Positions 25,407 through 38,673 of a stretch of DNA of 64,000 bases are shown one piece after another; position 1 is the stretch's first letter; every line of letters begins with the position of its first letter. The position numbers were made by a program, and so were the translations under genes. This stretch comes from Octopus sinensis (taxonomy: Eukaryota), in the NCBI RefSeq assembly GCF_006345805.1, contig NC_042999.1:96348001-96412000 (forward strand), written 5' to 3'. The notes under the pieces are model-generated. The model did no database searches. It saw only the letters and a list, made by a program, of their open reading frames with translations, and was not told the origin of the DNA.

Positions 25407-26119
25407 TATTAGTGAGATTTTAAAAAGTTATATTTGGCAGGAGTCTAAATTATTGCAAGTTTTTCAATAGATTTTCAAAAAGTCTTATATAAGTTTGTAG
25501 CTAATTTGATAGTAACATCTGAGAAATTATTGATGTTTAAATAAGTGATAGTAATTCATTTTAAGCTGAATTCGGTGCAGGTGTTAATAAGGTAATTTTT
25601 AAAGTATTATATCTGTAGAGTTTGTAGGATACAGGAAAGCTATAATTTTTGCATATGTTTATTGGGGTAAAATTCTTATTTTGCTCATATAGATTATATT
25701 TAGGCCAAGTTCGCATACCTTAACACTATCTTAAGATCTCGTGCATCAAATTAGCCTGCTGAGTTTGATTTTTTGACCCAAGAAAAATTAATATAAAAGG
25801 ATAGGGTTTTTCCAAATATGGATAATATCAATTTCATTCTCATCTACATTGATATATATCTTAGCGAATTCTAAAGGAATGATGATGAGAGGTTAGTGAT
25901 GTAATTCGTGAATGTCGAATTGGCTGTGAAGATAATATAATTAATAATATCTTTCGAGCAAGCTTGTGACTGTAACACTGCTGTTACCGGAATCTTCATT
26001 TGGGCTAGAGGCAAAATTCGTTTTATAGTCATTCAATGTAACATACTTCTCGCGTTTAGGCAAACATTTTATGCTATTTTCAAATTTATTTTATAAGCTA
26101 TGTTTTTGTCTCAATATTT

Positions 26120-26355
26120 ATATTGATCTTAATTTATCCAGTCATATATGGTCCTTAAAAGAAAAAAGTGTCAATTACAACATCCATTGGAAGATCTTAG
26201 CCAAGTGTAAACCTTACACCAGCAGCAGTGGAAAGTGCGGTCTTTGTGATATGGAAAGATCGTTCATCTGGAAAAGCAGCTTAAACCCCGCTGATTGACT
26301 AAATTCAAGAACTGAACTTTTTGGATCAATTCCACATATAGCTAAATATTTGCTA
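26120..26355 (+). pseudogene. Penelope-like element, C-terminal GIY-YIG endonuclease region fragment
   Basis: NLSSHIWSLKEKSVNYNIHWKILAKCKPYTSSSGKCGLCDMERSFIWKSSLNPAD*LNSRTELFGS matches the PLE C-terminal pattern LS..IW.LK....Y.I.WKIL....PY.....C.LC..E..I......LNSR.EL. Confidence 0.85.
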
Positions 26356-27083
26356 TGTTTTTGGTCCCCCAAAGATCACAGATAGAACCTGCTTTTTATA
26401 TTGTGTCCGCGTACAAGCATTTTATCTCTCTATATTTTATATATATATATTTTTACATATTTTTCTGTATATTACCTTTCACCCTGCATTTTTTGTGCAT
26501 ATGCGTATACAGATGTGTATATGAACATATTTGTGCGTGTATGGGCATACATACGTGTGTGTGCGCGCACATGTGTGCGGGTATGTATATGTGTACATGT
26601 GTATGGTTGCATATATATGTATACATATAGGTGTGTGTGTGAGTGTGCATGCATGTGTTTCACACGAGTGTGAGTGAGCATATTCATATATAACATATGC
26701 GTATTTAGACGTGTATATGATTATAATTGTGCGCGTATGGGTATGTGTACGTGTGTGTGTGCGTGTATGCGGATATATGTGTACATGTGTATGGTTGCAT
26801 ATATAAGTGCACATATAGGCGTGTGTGTGGGTGTGTATATGTTTCACGTGAGTGTGAGTGAGCATATGCATATAGGCACATGTACGTAGGTGTGCGTGCG
26901 AGCATGTATGTATGTACATGCGCGCATACGCGATTTCTATGAGCTTTTTTTACTTTCTCTTCGGGTTTTTTTCCCTTTATTTAACGGTCATTCTAATAGC
27001 TCTTTCCTTTGTCTTAATAACGGTCATTTACATTGTAATTTCCTTTTGTTTAACGATCATTTTCATAGCATTTTTGTTTGTCT

Positions 27084-27147
27084 TAATAACTGACGAGATG
27101 CCGGAGCAGATTTTCCGCCCCGACATCCGAAACTCGGAGTTTTATTA
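27084..27147 (+). ncRNA. Type I minimal hammerhead ribozyme candidate (Penelope-associated)
   Basis: TAATAA-CTGACGA-GATGCCGG...CCGACATC-C-GAAA-CT-CGG-AG-T-T-TTATTA: 6-bp stem I, intact core, stem II with one mismatch, 3-bp near-palindromic stem III, GUU triplet. Lies about 0.7 kb 3' of the GIY-YIG fragment. Confidence 0.75.
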
Positions 27148-27945
27148 TGGCACATATATCATTGTCACATATTATATTACACACACACATACACACACAC
27201 ACACACACATACACACACACACACACACACACATACACACACACCACACACATGTATATGTATATATGTATATATATATATATATATATAATACAGTTTG
27301 TATATATGTTTTTGCTACAGTTAACATGGGAAACACTCAGTAATTAACAAAAACAATTGTAGCAATTTGGATTAATGCCTGTTCATCCTATCTTTTTGTA
27401 TTATAATTTTTTGCATGAATTCTGCGGATACGAACAGATTTCCACCTGTATATCCAGTAAAAGGAGAATTCTTGCAATATGAAAACCTAAAACAGCCGAT
27501 GCCCTTTGGAAAACGCGTTATAAGATGATATTAAATATTTTTTGCTACACACACAAATGTATATATATATATATATATAACGTTGCTACAAATTTACAAG
27601 TTCCTCTTGATTATTTCATTTTAGTCTGTAGAAGAATGTGCAAAATTGTCTTATTCATCCTAATAAAGATATATAAATTCAGCAAAAATTGCTTATTGTA
27701 CCGGTTGACTAATCGGTTCAGTCAGTGTTTTCAACTAACACGAGATGAGACAAACAATCTCCGAAACAGTTACATGGAAAACAGAGGTCACATTTTGTGG
27801 TATATTTGAGGTCCGTTCTTCTCAGATATTTCATATACACATAAAGTTAAGGCACCAACCACAAGTTGAGACGTTTTGCCATCAGTTATTAAACTTTTTC
27901 TCTCGTCCAGTTTAACTAGATTTGAACTGTCTAGATTCGGACAAT

Positions 27946-27983
<38 letters not shown>

Positions 27984-28001
27984 GTAAATGATATATAGTA
28001 T

Positions 28002-28153
28002 AAGGACCCTTCATCAGTTGTCGGCTGTCTATCGACTCCTCATTTCGACCAAGGGTCCTTTCTCTATGTTTACTTGTCCTGTTCTCCATTTTTTCTCGTT
28101 GTTTATGTATTTAACCCTTTAACCCGTTGATTGAACCGTTGGTGATGTCCTGT
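28002..28153. mobile_element. Rearranged (partly inverted) copy of the repeat at 11645-11833
   Basis: 28002-28047 is in the same orientation as the 11645 copy and 28051-28153 is inverted. The two segments begin with aaggaccctt and its exact reverse complement aagggtcctt. Confidence 0.75.
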
Positions 28154-28592
28154 AAATATGTGTGTGTGTGTGTGTGTGCGTGTATGTATGTACGTACGTA
28201 CGTACGTATGTGTGTATGTTTGTATATATGTATGTATGTAATTGTTTCAGTCACAGGATTACGGCCATGCTAGAAAACTGCATTGAAGTATAAAATTGAT
28301 TTAGAGTACTTCCTCTAAATCTAGAACTTATTCTCTTAGAGCTGAACCTCTAAATGGGAGGGGGGAGAAACCACTGCAGTTTTTCATGTGGTGAGGGAGA
28401 AACACAGAACACACCAGCACTTGCATACACACACACATATATGTATATTATTGCATGTACGTATATATGCATGTATGCATATGTTTATATATTTAAATAT
28501 ACGTGTGTGTGCGTGCGTGCGTGCGTACGCTTGTGTCCGTGTTTTTGTTTAAGAACCTGAAAACCAATGTTTCAAAAAGTTCAGTATATATG

Positions 28593-28688
<96 letters not shown>

Positions 28689-29293
28689 CGATGAATATAT
28701 ATATTGATAAAATATTATATACTAGACTGAACTATTTACTGGGGTCGATATAACCCGCGAAGTCAGCGCCTTAGCATAGTCAGGGAGCAATGACTGCATC
28801 CAGGAAGGAATAATAGAATTCAGTAACTTTCTTATAAGCATATATATTGACTGCAACAACAAGATAGAAACAATAAAACAATAACGACGTCTTCAAAAAC
28901 AACAGCAACAACTTAATGCGGAAGCATCAAAGCTTCCAACTGCAACAGCAACAATAGGAGCGCAAATAACAATAACAATAACATAGCAACTATAACAGCA
29001 ACATCAAACAGAATAGGCAATACCATCATAGGAAGACTTGCACCTGAAACAACGTCAACAATAATATCGTGCATGATCAATGGCAATTACGACAGCAGGT
29101 GCAACAGAAATAGTGCTAACTGCAACAACAAAATAAAGGCTGACAGTAGGCGTGGTTGTGTAGTTAAGAAGTTTCAGGTTGCACTTCAGACAATTGGCTT
29201 TGACATAGTCGTGGGTGAAATGGTCTACATGCCACTGTATACACACGCACACATGCGCACACACACGCGCGCACGCACACACACACACACACA

Positions 29294-29337
<44 letters not shown>

Positions 29338-29519
29338 ATTCACTCACTCACTCACTCACTCACCCATATGGTTGCAAAGCAAGGTTTCTTAGTGCTCTGA
29401 AGTAAAATCGCATCTGGTACTCCTAACTGAATAGGTATAGGAAGCCAGAATAAATTTTGCAACCCTTTACACCTGCGCCTGGGGATGACTACCCACCTTG
29501 CCTCTGACTGATACACCTA

Positions 29520-29610
29520 CGTATGTATGTATGTATGTATGTATGTATGTATGTATGTATGTATGTATGTATGTATGTATGTATGTATGTATGTATGTAT
29601 GTATGTATGC
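29520..29610. repeat. (TATG)n tetranucleotide microsatellite
   Basis: Directly visible. Confidence 0.95.
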
Positions 29611-31859
29611 AGCATGAAAAAGTATGTATGTAAGTAACAAGAAAAAATACGAGTATTAAAGTGGAGTGATAAAATAGATTTGAAGTTGAAAAGTATACAA
29701 CAGCATAAAACCCGATGAACGGAAGCGTTCGAACAAAACCTCTTTGTTGTATTTATTCTGCCCGAGTTGACAGACATCGAAAAGGCAGTGAACTTGTTGA
29801 TCGGCTAGTTGGAAATAATGAACTACTTGCGCTGTTATTGCTCAAATCCATTATATAAAATACTAACAAAAAAAATCTCAAGAAAACATTTAAAAGCACC
29901 TGCAATGACAACAACGAAATATCGTAATCAACAGCGATAGCAACAAAACATTGTAACAACTGTTGCGTCTACAACAGTATCTCTAACAAGCCAATGAGGA
30001 GATTTCTAATGGTCACCCGCCCAACTAAAATAGCAGTTAAATTTCCTTCAGATCATTCCATATTGTCTTTACGCACTAAAGTTTTTAGTCTTGGGTACGC
30101 TATAGCTGTGGAAAAAAGTATGGCTCCGGTAGGAACGCCTCAATCGGAGCTAATTTGTTGTTTAAAATATCAGCAGTTACATTAGATATTCAGTGATTTT
30201 TTAGTTCACTTCTATTGGATTGAAAGTCGTCTATTCTATTAGTGTTTCCGCTGATGTGTACACCCTAATGAAGCTACTTAGACACTGAAATATGTAAAAT
30301 TAAGTATCGTGATTAAGGAATAGTGACGATCAGACAGAAATTGCCAACAGATACTTTGATTTTCTGATACCCATTCGATTCCTTTAGTCAAAGCTCTCAC
30401 CATAGTATTACCAACAGCTAACACAATAACAATCTTAAGTTGCTATTGCATCAATGATTCCATAGTTTTGAACAAGGAACGTTTGCTCATGTCTGAACAG
30501 AAATGAAAAAATAGGCTGGTAAAAATTGCATTAATTGATAAACAAAATAGTATAGATTCTGCAGACATGGAATTGAATTAACTGTAATACACAGTTAATT
30601 TATATATAAAAAAGTGGCTCTCAGGAATAAGGCTGAAGCTAGAAACATGATAAGGTTCTAAGTTCATGAAAACACCTTATTTGGCAATTGTTAGCAAAGA
30701 GCAAGGCTATTTACGAATGAGTTACGCATGAATACAGCCAAGATGCCTAACAAATATGTGTGAGATGAATGAGAGAAGGGCTGTTCTTGGTATAAACATA
30801 ATTATGGTTCTAATTGCTCCAGCAATTTCGAGGTGAGGTATTTAGTCGATATCATCGACCCGATTATTTGACTGATGCTTTATTTTATCAACTCCGGAGG
30901 AATGAAAGACGACGATGACTTCAATGAGAATGAACCGCAAGATATTTTGTCCAATGCTCTAACGATTCCGCAAACCCATCATTCCCTTTGCCTAAACAAA
31001 ATTATAAATAAACTAATGGACATTCTCCATGCGTGTAAATAATATCTCTTTCATTAATTGGCTCTAATTTGTTAATTGTTGTTAGATTAATGGGATTAAC
31101 TCCTTGCTCAGTTGTTGATTATAACAAAATTAACTAGTAAAAGGAATGACATTTTGAGGCCACTTCAGTTTGTGGAAACCAGTGGCACTTGATAGTGAAT
31201 CTATGATATGGGTGTCAGTAATGACACACTGTAGCTTTTTAGGTGACATGTATACGATGGGCTTTACAAACATTTCCCTGCAGTACCACGTTGCAAAAAC
31301 CTTATCTCGAAACATTTACCTAAAATTAAAATATATGTAAACATGTAAATAACGCTATAAATGAAATTAAAATTGTGATGCATCGTCATCACTGTCCTAA
31401 ACTGTAGTTTGCTTAGCTTAGGTATATGTATAGATCTTGGTTTGGAAGACAATGGTGGATGACAAAATTGCAGAGTAGCACGACTGCAGAGGTGTACGAA
31501 GATGAAGAGAGAGAAAATAATTTTCGACGTCTAACAAACGTCTAGACCGTGAGAAGACTGAGAAGTACAAAATAACTGGAACTAAATGTACAGAACACAC
31601 AAAATGCGTTGTTAGATAGAGAAACACCCGAAGTATTATACATTCTTAATTTCTATCATTAACTGCACGAACGACTATTTTGGCGGTCAAGTGGATTGAC
31701 ATCTTGACTACTGTAGAATAATGGATGTGGTTGTTGTTTTTAATACAGAACCGATACCTATCTATTTCTCATTACAGTTAATGCTTCTTTTTATTGTTTG
31801 TTTTTCGTTCCTTTTCATTGGTTTGGTGTGAAGAGGCCCTCTGAAGACAGCTGTTTAAT

Positions 31860-32200
31860 ATGTAGAGGATGATGTTGAACAGCAGCTGCAAGTTGATGGT
31901 TATAGGAAAAACATAGACCAGGAGCGAATTCTGGAAACTAGTATTAAGTGGTGGGAAAATTAGACGTTAGCGGTAAGTGCAGTGCATGTAGTGGGGGTAC
32001 AATACGAGTGAGAAAAGGCAGTAAGAAGTAGGCCTAAGGGGAGGCGACACGTGATCAAAGAAATCTTGAGAAGTAGTGGACGCTATTGTAGCTTTAGAAG
32101 TGCCAAAGTGGGGAGGCAGTACATCTGTCGACCACAGGTCGGAATGTATTGGGTAACAATTTTCAGCCGGTTAGATGAGTAGCCGTCTTTGTTTTTTGTT
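31860..32200 (-). mobile_element. Degenerate LINE (CR1/L2/Jockey group) 3' end
   Basis: Minus-strand FPTT...NSLLVYVFPITINLQLLFNI resembles the LINE C-terminal FFP.T..LWNSLP..VFP..NLQ.F motif; stops present. Confidence 0.5.
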
Positions 32201-32564
32201 TCTTTTTTGGTGGAGATAGTTGGGATGCATTATATAGAACACTGATCCATTACTTTTCCAGAAGAAAGATCTATTCACAAGGATAACTTCATGAGTCTTT
32301 AAATATAAATCATGCTGCACATTGGGTATTAATTTAATCGTGCATTGTATAAGATGCTCATAAATTTACATTTAATTGCTTTAGATTGTTTTATGCAAAA
32401 TATACAAAAAAAAAAGAGCAGCGATCGCTGTGGTCTTATGAAATTAACTGTGCCTCACCAAATTTTTGCTATGAATTACGTTGTGCATCACTGGTCTGAG
32501 TTATCTGTGCATACACACATGCTGTTGGCGATTTCATTTCCTACTTTGGACTTTTCCCGTTCTC

Positions 32565-32600
32565 CTTTCCATCGAAGAGCAATGCTCGAAACGTCAAAAA
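32565..32600 (+). ncRNA. Degenerate minimal hammerhead-like motif (core damaged)
   Basis: ttt-CCATCGA-a-GAGC-aat-GCTC-GAAA-C-GTC-aaa: stem II, GAAAC, palindromic ACGT stem III and GUC triplet are present, but the CUGANGA core is not intact. Confidence 0.45.
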
Positions 32601-32872
32601 CTCTCTCTTTTTACTGAGCGTCAAATTACTACATTCCTGTGCACGTCCTTTTGTTGTCTGTTAGTGTTAATTTTATTGCTCGTTTATTTGAATTGACTAC
32701 ACATATTTATACATACATACGTATATGTGTGTGTGCGTACGCGCGCGTCTGTGTGCGTGTGTATGTTTATGTTTGCACATGTGTGCGAGTATATGTTTGC
32801 ATACCTGTCATCGTGAGCATGCTTAACTAAACGTATACCAATATCGTCTGCGTGTGTGTGTGTATGTGTGTA

Positions 32873-32909
<37 letters not shown>

Positions 32910-33278
32910 GTTACATGTGGATCCATGTATGTACATACGTTTGTTCTCGACTGTATTTTATGACTATAAAGTGTTTTTGGTTTGTGTTTGATGCGTGTAT
33001 ACACTTTTGCTGCATCAGTATTTGTATATGCATCTGTTGCCAGTATCTTTGTATGCCTGCACCAGAGTTGGCATCTATGCACAGAAGCAAGAGGCGTATG
33101 TGCTTGTATGTCGGTGTAAACCATACTGTATGTGTGCGTGTGTGTGTGCGAGTGCATGTGTGCGTGCATGTGTGTGAGTTTAGATGTAGCTATTTACATA
33201 AAAATGTGTCTGTTTATAAGTTTGTGTATTTGTCTAAAAGTAGGTACCTATATAGATGTGTACCATATATGTAGATGT

Positions 33279-33315
<37 letters not shown>

Positions 33316-33721
33316 TGTGTATGTATATGTGTATATATATATATATGTGTGTGTGTATGCGTGTGTTTGCGTGTATGTAAGCGTGTGTGGTAATATCTAC
33401 ATACAACTGAGTTGTTGTTTAATGTGTTTTGTTGTTGAAATTCCATTCATGCATGGCGTGTTTACCAAATTATTTTCATAACATGTCGGTGCATTTATTC
33501 ATCCAACTGCACACATCACAACATCAGTGCTACTGCAAGCTGCATTGCAGCGATATCTCTCTAATTAAATTACTTTTCTAAATTGCATCTATGGCTTCTC
33601 TTCATTGTGTATTGGAAAACATATGCATGTGTGTAGGAGGAGTGTGTGTGTGTATGTGTGTGTTTCTGTGTGCATGAAGGAAGTGTTTGCATGAGTGTGT
33701 ATATGTCTATGTATTAGGGGA

Positions 33722-33769
<48 letters not shown>

Positions 33770-33974
33770 CTGCGTGAGTATATATATATGTATATATATA
33801 TATATGTGTGTGTACCTATATGTCAGGAATTATGTAGGTGATCTAGTTGCTGTATATGAACAAATACATTATATTCAAGTATGTGGTATGTGTGTATGCG
33901 TGTGTTTATTTGTGTCACTCTTTCTTTATCTGTCTGTATATACGCGCACACACGCACACACACACACATGTGTG

Positions 33975-34030
<56 letters not shown>

Positions 34031-34956
34031 TCATTCATTATTTATTATGCATGCTCCCATAAGAATTTGTGTGTGCTTGTATGCATTTATGTAGGTAGGT
34101 TGCTCTCTGTGTGTTCTTGTGTCTGCATTTGTTTGCATACATGAAAACATATCTCCGTACATTCATGCACAAATAAACTTGTGCATGGGTCTGTCTTAAT
34201 TGTGTGTGTGTGTGTGTGTGTGTGTGTCTGCCTGCTTGCGCACACGCGTCAGGAATGCTGCAAGATAGATACGCTTAATTTAATAGACTTCTAACATTGA
34301 TAAAAAATATGCTTTTTCCAGAAGTTGTAAAAGTAAATAAGAAAGGGTGTCACAAAATATCAAGATGCTAAAGCTTAGTGGATTTGGTACACTGCAAAAT
34401 CTATCCATCTGCTTCAGTCTTTTCGACCAAATTTCATTTTTTCATATATTTTCTTTGGGTGTTTCTTATCATTTGATAATCTTTTATACCATAGTAAAGA
34501 CAAAAAAGAAATATATTATATACTTCCCCAAAAACTTTTCTATCTTCTCTCCTCGTGACAAGAGACAATGCTCAAACCCTGGTATATTTTAGTAAATAAA
34601 TATGACCTGTGAAACCCAAAACTTCTTAAGATCAGACACCACATGAGTGGTTCAACTCGACACTGTAAGACGAGACACTCGTGAATTTTAGTGTTGTTGC
34701 TGATGTTGCTTATAACTTCAAACGATCCCACTATATGTCACACTCCTAAAGTTAGGCAAAGTGGCTTTAATTTCTCTACTGTTTGATCATGGAGGGAAAG
34801 TCAGTCCTCGTGATCTTTTATTTTTGTTTTCCAGGGTCTCTGACTATGGTGAGAGCAAGAGAGTATGTTATTCTCAAATCGGAGATCTGACCTAAATGCA
34901 ATACAGTGATTCTCACTAAAGGCACCATACAACGGTATTAAATTATTAAATTAAAT

Positions 34957-35190
34957 AGGCGGTGAGCTGGCAGAAACGTTAGCACGCCGGGCGAAATGCG
35001 TAGCCGTATTTCGTCTGTCGTTACGTTCTGAGTTCAAATTCCACCGAGGTCGACTTTGCCTTTCATCCTTTCGGGGTCGATAAATTAAGTACCAGTTACA
35101 CACTGGGGTCGATGTAATCAACTTAATACCTATGTCTGTCCTTGTTTGTCCCCTCTGTGTTTAGCCCCTTGTGGGTAATAAAGAAATAGG
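34957..35190 (+). mobile_element. SINE family B, full length (aagaaatagg tail)
   Basis: Complete head, body and tail; flanking ggtattaaat duplication. Confidence 0.92.
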
Positions 35191-36932
35191 TATTAAATAT
35201 GACAGATTAAATCTACCACCTAAAAAAATTCACAGCGTGAATAGTCAGAATAAATTCTGCAATGTGTCTCATTCAACGTTCTAAAAATTCTGACAATCTC
35301 TCGGGATTGGAACTTTATTTTATCGACTCCTAAAGGATGCAAGATAGAGTTGACCTCGACAAGATTTGAACTCAGCATGCAGAGAACCGGAACCAGTTAT
35401 TTTCCTCTACGCTGTAACTGCTGTCAAATTACCGCACACTGATGAAAGACAGGCGTCAGGATCATTATCACGATGGACACGTGAGTACAGGTAGCAAGAT
35501 TTGAAACACTGTCTGACTGTCCACCAAACCTACTGGTCTGACCATCGGTGGTCCTCTATTTTTCATATAGTAATGCATTACCTAAATCTGAACGTTTACT
35601 TTTGCGATAGCCGTACGTATGTGTGCGCACGAGTGCGTATGTGTGTGTACACGCACGTGTTGTATATGTGTATGTGTGTAATTTTTTCGTCTAAATTTGA
35701 TGAAACTGACATAAAGTGGGACGAGAACCAATATTTTTAGCTTGGCAAGTAAAATAGAATACCTTGTCAGGAAGAGCATGAATTAAGTAATAGTTGTAGA
35801 AAGATTCGAGCCGACTACCATTAATTCGGCAACACAATCCTTCAAACTAATGAACATTAAATATAACTATGTTAATTTAAATTAAGCAAAGAAAATATTT
35901 TAATTAGGAAAATGACAAAAGAAAGCTGAGTGGAAGACACATTTACCATTTAACCTTGATCGAGTAGAGAAGCATAGAGAGCGAAGAATGCTGTGGAATT
36001 GTTTGTGAAACGTGGGCGGTGAAAGAGTTTAACAAACAACAAGAAATATGCCATCTTGATGAAATAAACCATTCTAAACAGGTGAAATGTAATTAAGAGC
36101 TTTTATTCGTCGAAAAGAGTAATTCAATTTTATTCATGACTTATTTCTATGCTGCTTGAAGTAAACAACCCCTTTGAAACTTGGGTCTTGCAACAAACGC
36201 GGGTACATTAAGTTAGAGAGAATGCGAAAAGTAATAGGAGAGAGAGAGAGAGAGAGAGAGAGTAGGGGTGTCCGTGTGTTTAAAAGCAAGCAATCCCGAC
36301 ATGCAGCTGGAGATTCGATTAAAAACAACGAAATAAACAAGTCGACATACATGCTTCGCTAAGAGAAAACAAAGTATGCGGCTAGATATACTCACATAAC
36401 TACAATCTAATAACGAACATATAAGTGTACACATCACTTACAAACATATAAACAAAATCACATTTTTTCAAGACCACATTTACATAGAGGTAGATATGCT
36501 GTTTACACCTACTCAAATCATATACACGCATTAGTATATATATATATATATATATATATACGCAGGTGCATTTTCAGGCATGTGCACATACACATAAAAC
36601 AGTACAGTGTTCATTATAAATTTATTTCCACGAAAACTTCGTTAATGTTTCAATTCGAAACGTGATTATTTTGAAATTAAAGAGAAACATTAAATATTTC
36701 ACGACTGTGTGGGCGGTTATTTTGGCTGTGAGTTGGTGAGTCTGGTTTGATTAAACGAAAACATGATGTTTAGACTTTTCAAACGAATGCATTCTTCCTA
36801 TATATTTAAATTAGACTCAGCTTCAATTCTTGGTGCGCAGTTGAGAAATTAATTAAGCTAAGATCGAACAATTGAATCCTCATCGTTGAACGATGAAGAT
36901 CTAACACAATACACACACACACACACACACGA

Positions 36933-36967
<35 letters not shown>

Positions 36968-37022
36968 TCGAATCAATTTTACCTGGGGATAAACAGGGTC
37001 TTCAGCAAGTTAGAACTTGTAA

Positions 37023-37068
37023 CTTGCCTGATGATCTTGTGCACCCGCAGGCGAAACTTAGTTGCAAG
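37023..37068 (+). ncRNA. Type I minimal hammerhead ribozyme candidate
   Basis: CTTGC-CTGATGA-tCTTGTG-cacc-CGCAGGc-GAAA-C-TTA-G-T-T-GCAAG: perfect 5-bp stem I, intact core, 6-bp stem II (two G.U pairs; U instead of G at 10.1), 2-bp stem III, GUU triplet. Confidence 0.65.
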
Positions 37069-38638
37069 AGACACACTCGAGTAAAATTGCTATTAATCTC
37101 TACTATGATATCTAGTTCTCTTTTTTCCGACAGTCAACACTAAACGGATATATGTATATCTCTGAAGGATATATATAGGTATATTGGTGCAAACAAGAAA
37201 AGTAGTACTCAAATATGAGTCACTGTTGTCTAACGATGAGGATTCAGTTTTTCGATCAAACTGGACTGCCTGTTCTTCGAATTAGTATGTAAGTGGGTGA
37301 GTATTCCGCAAAAAGGTATATACCCATAACGTACTTCTCAATCAGAATCAGCATGACGGAATGTGACAATGCTGTATCCTTTCAATTACAGTTACAATCC
37401 AACCGACTGCCTTCTGGAAAGTTTCAACTCACCCACTTTTATTAAAACGCTAGGCTATAGAAAGTGACAATTGCCTAAGGAGCCAGGCAGTCGAATCGAA
37501 GCCAGGACTTCGTGATTACAATGCAAAAGTTTTAGATTTATTGATCTAAGGTACTTTTGACTGAGGAGATAAAAACAGGTCGAAACACCAGTATCTCAAA
37601 GTCCCCTTCTCTCAATGAATCAGGTATGCTGTGAACACACATTGTTTGAAATGAGAAGTTGTTTTCTGTATACAAAACCCAACAGCAACTAGCAAATTCA
37701 CTTTGGAATCTGTCAGAACGTATTAAGAATGAATAAGTACGTCATTGAATGCTAGACATTTTTCTTGAAATTCTTAATAAGGCTGAAGCCAGATACGGAA
37801 CTCTCCAGTTAGAATGAGACGACTCATTATCAATTGTTTGGTTAAAGACAGCACATCAATTAATAGCTGCAATTTGGGTCTATCCAGTGAACAATGGCAA
37901 ACTGTCTACTTTATAGTGTCTATTAAGAAGACTGCTTACAAGCTAGTTTAAAACTGCTGTTATTACTACTACTGCTCTTGCTGCTGCTGCTGTACTGCAC
38001 AGCTGCTGATGCACTGCTGTTGTTACTATTGCTGCTTTGGTTGTCGTGTAGCCTCGGTCAGCTCCGAGCCAACAGACGTATACAAAAATCGAGTTGTTGT
38101 AGGTCATAAACTGTGTACAAATACATGTTTTGTTTACATGTAAAAAAAAAAATTGGTCTATATAGATTGGTGGCGGGAAGGATAGCATTCAAAATGATGG
38201 GATGCGGCAGCTGAACATGCAAAGGAAAAAGAAAAGTGTAAAAAAATAAAAACAAGTAATGACTTTTAGCGATAGGTGAGGGACTGTAGTCAAAATGTAG
38301 GGACATTCATGGAACTGAAGACTATCGGTGGTGAGGTGGTAGGGATGGTGATGGTGAAATCACTTTGCTGCTATATTGATGGCCATGGTAGTGTTGCTGA
38401 TGCTGCTTATCGTATAAAAGTTGTGATGGTGGTGGTGGTGGGGGTGGGGGGTGTCGGTGGTGGTATTAGTATTTGAGGTGGTAGCACTTGTGGTTAAGGT
38501 AATAATTATGGTAGTAGAGGATGAAATGATGGATGGTGTGTTGGTAGTGGTGGTAATATTTGCATATTTGCCGTGACAATAGGGTTAATTAGTTCAGTTC
38601 CATTCTTCCACTTAGGAACAACCAGTGAGAGGCACCCA

Positions 38639-38673
<35 letters not shown>

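Noticed and set aside
34719-34732. 14-nt exact match to the A-chain coding sequence (agtgggatcgtttg)
   Set aside because: Runs straight into TGA, with no flanking similarity; a short match is plausible by chance.
37950-38110. Plus-strand Leu-rich stretch resembling a signal peptide followed by CC
   Set aside because: CTG/TTG low-complexity sequence; no ATG after the upstream stop.
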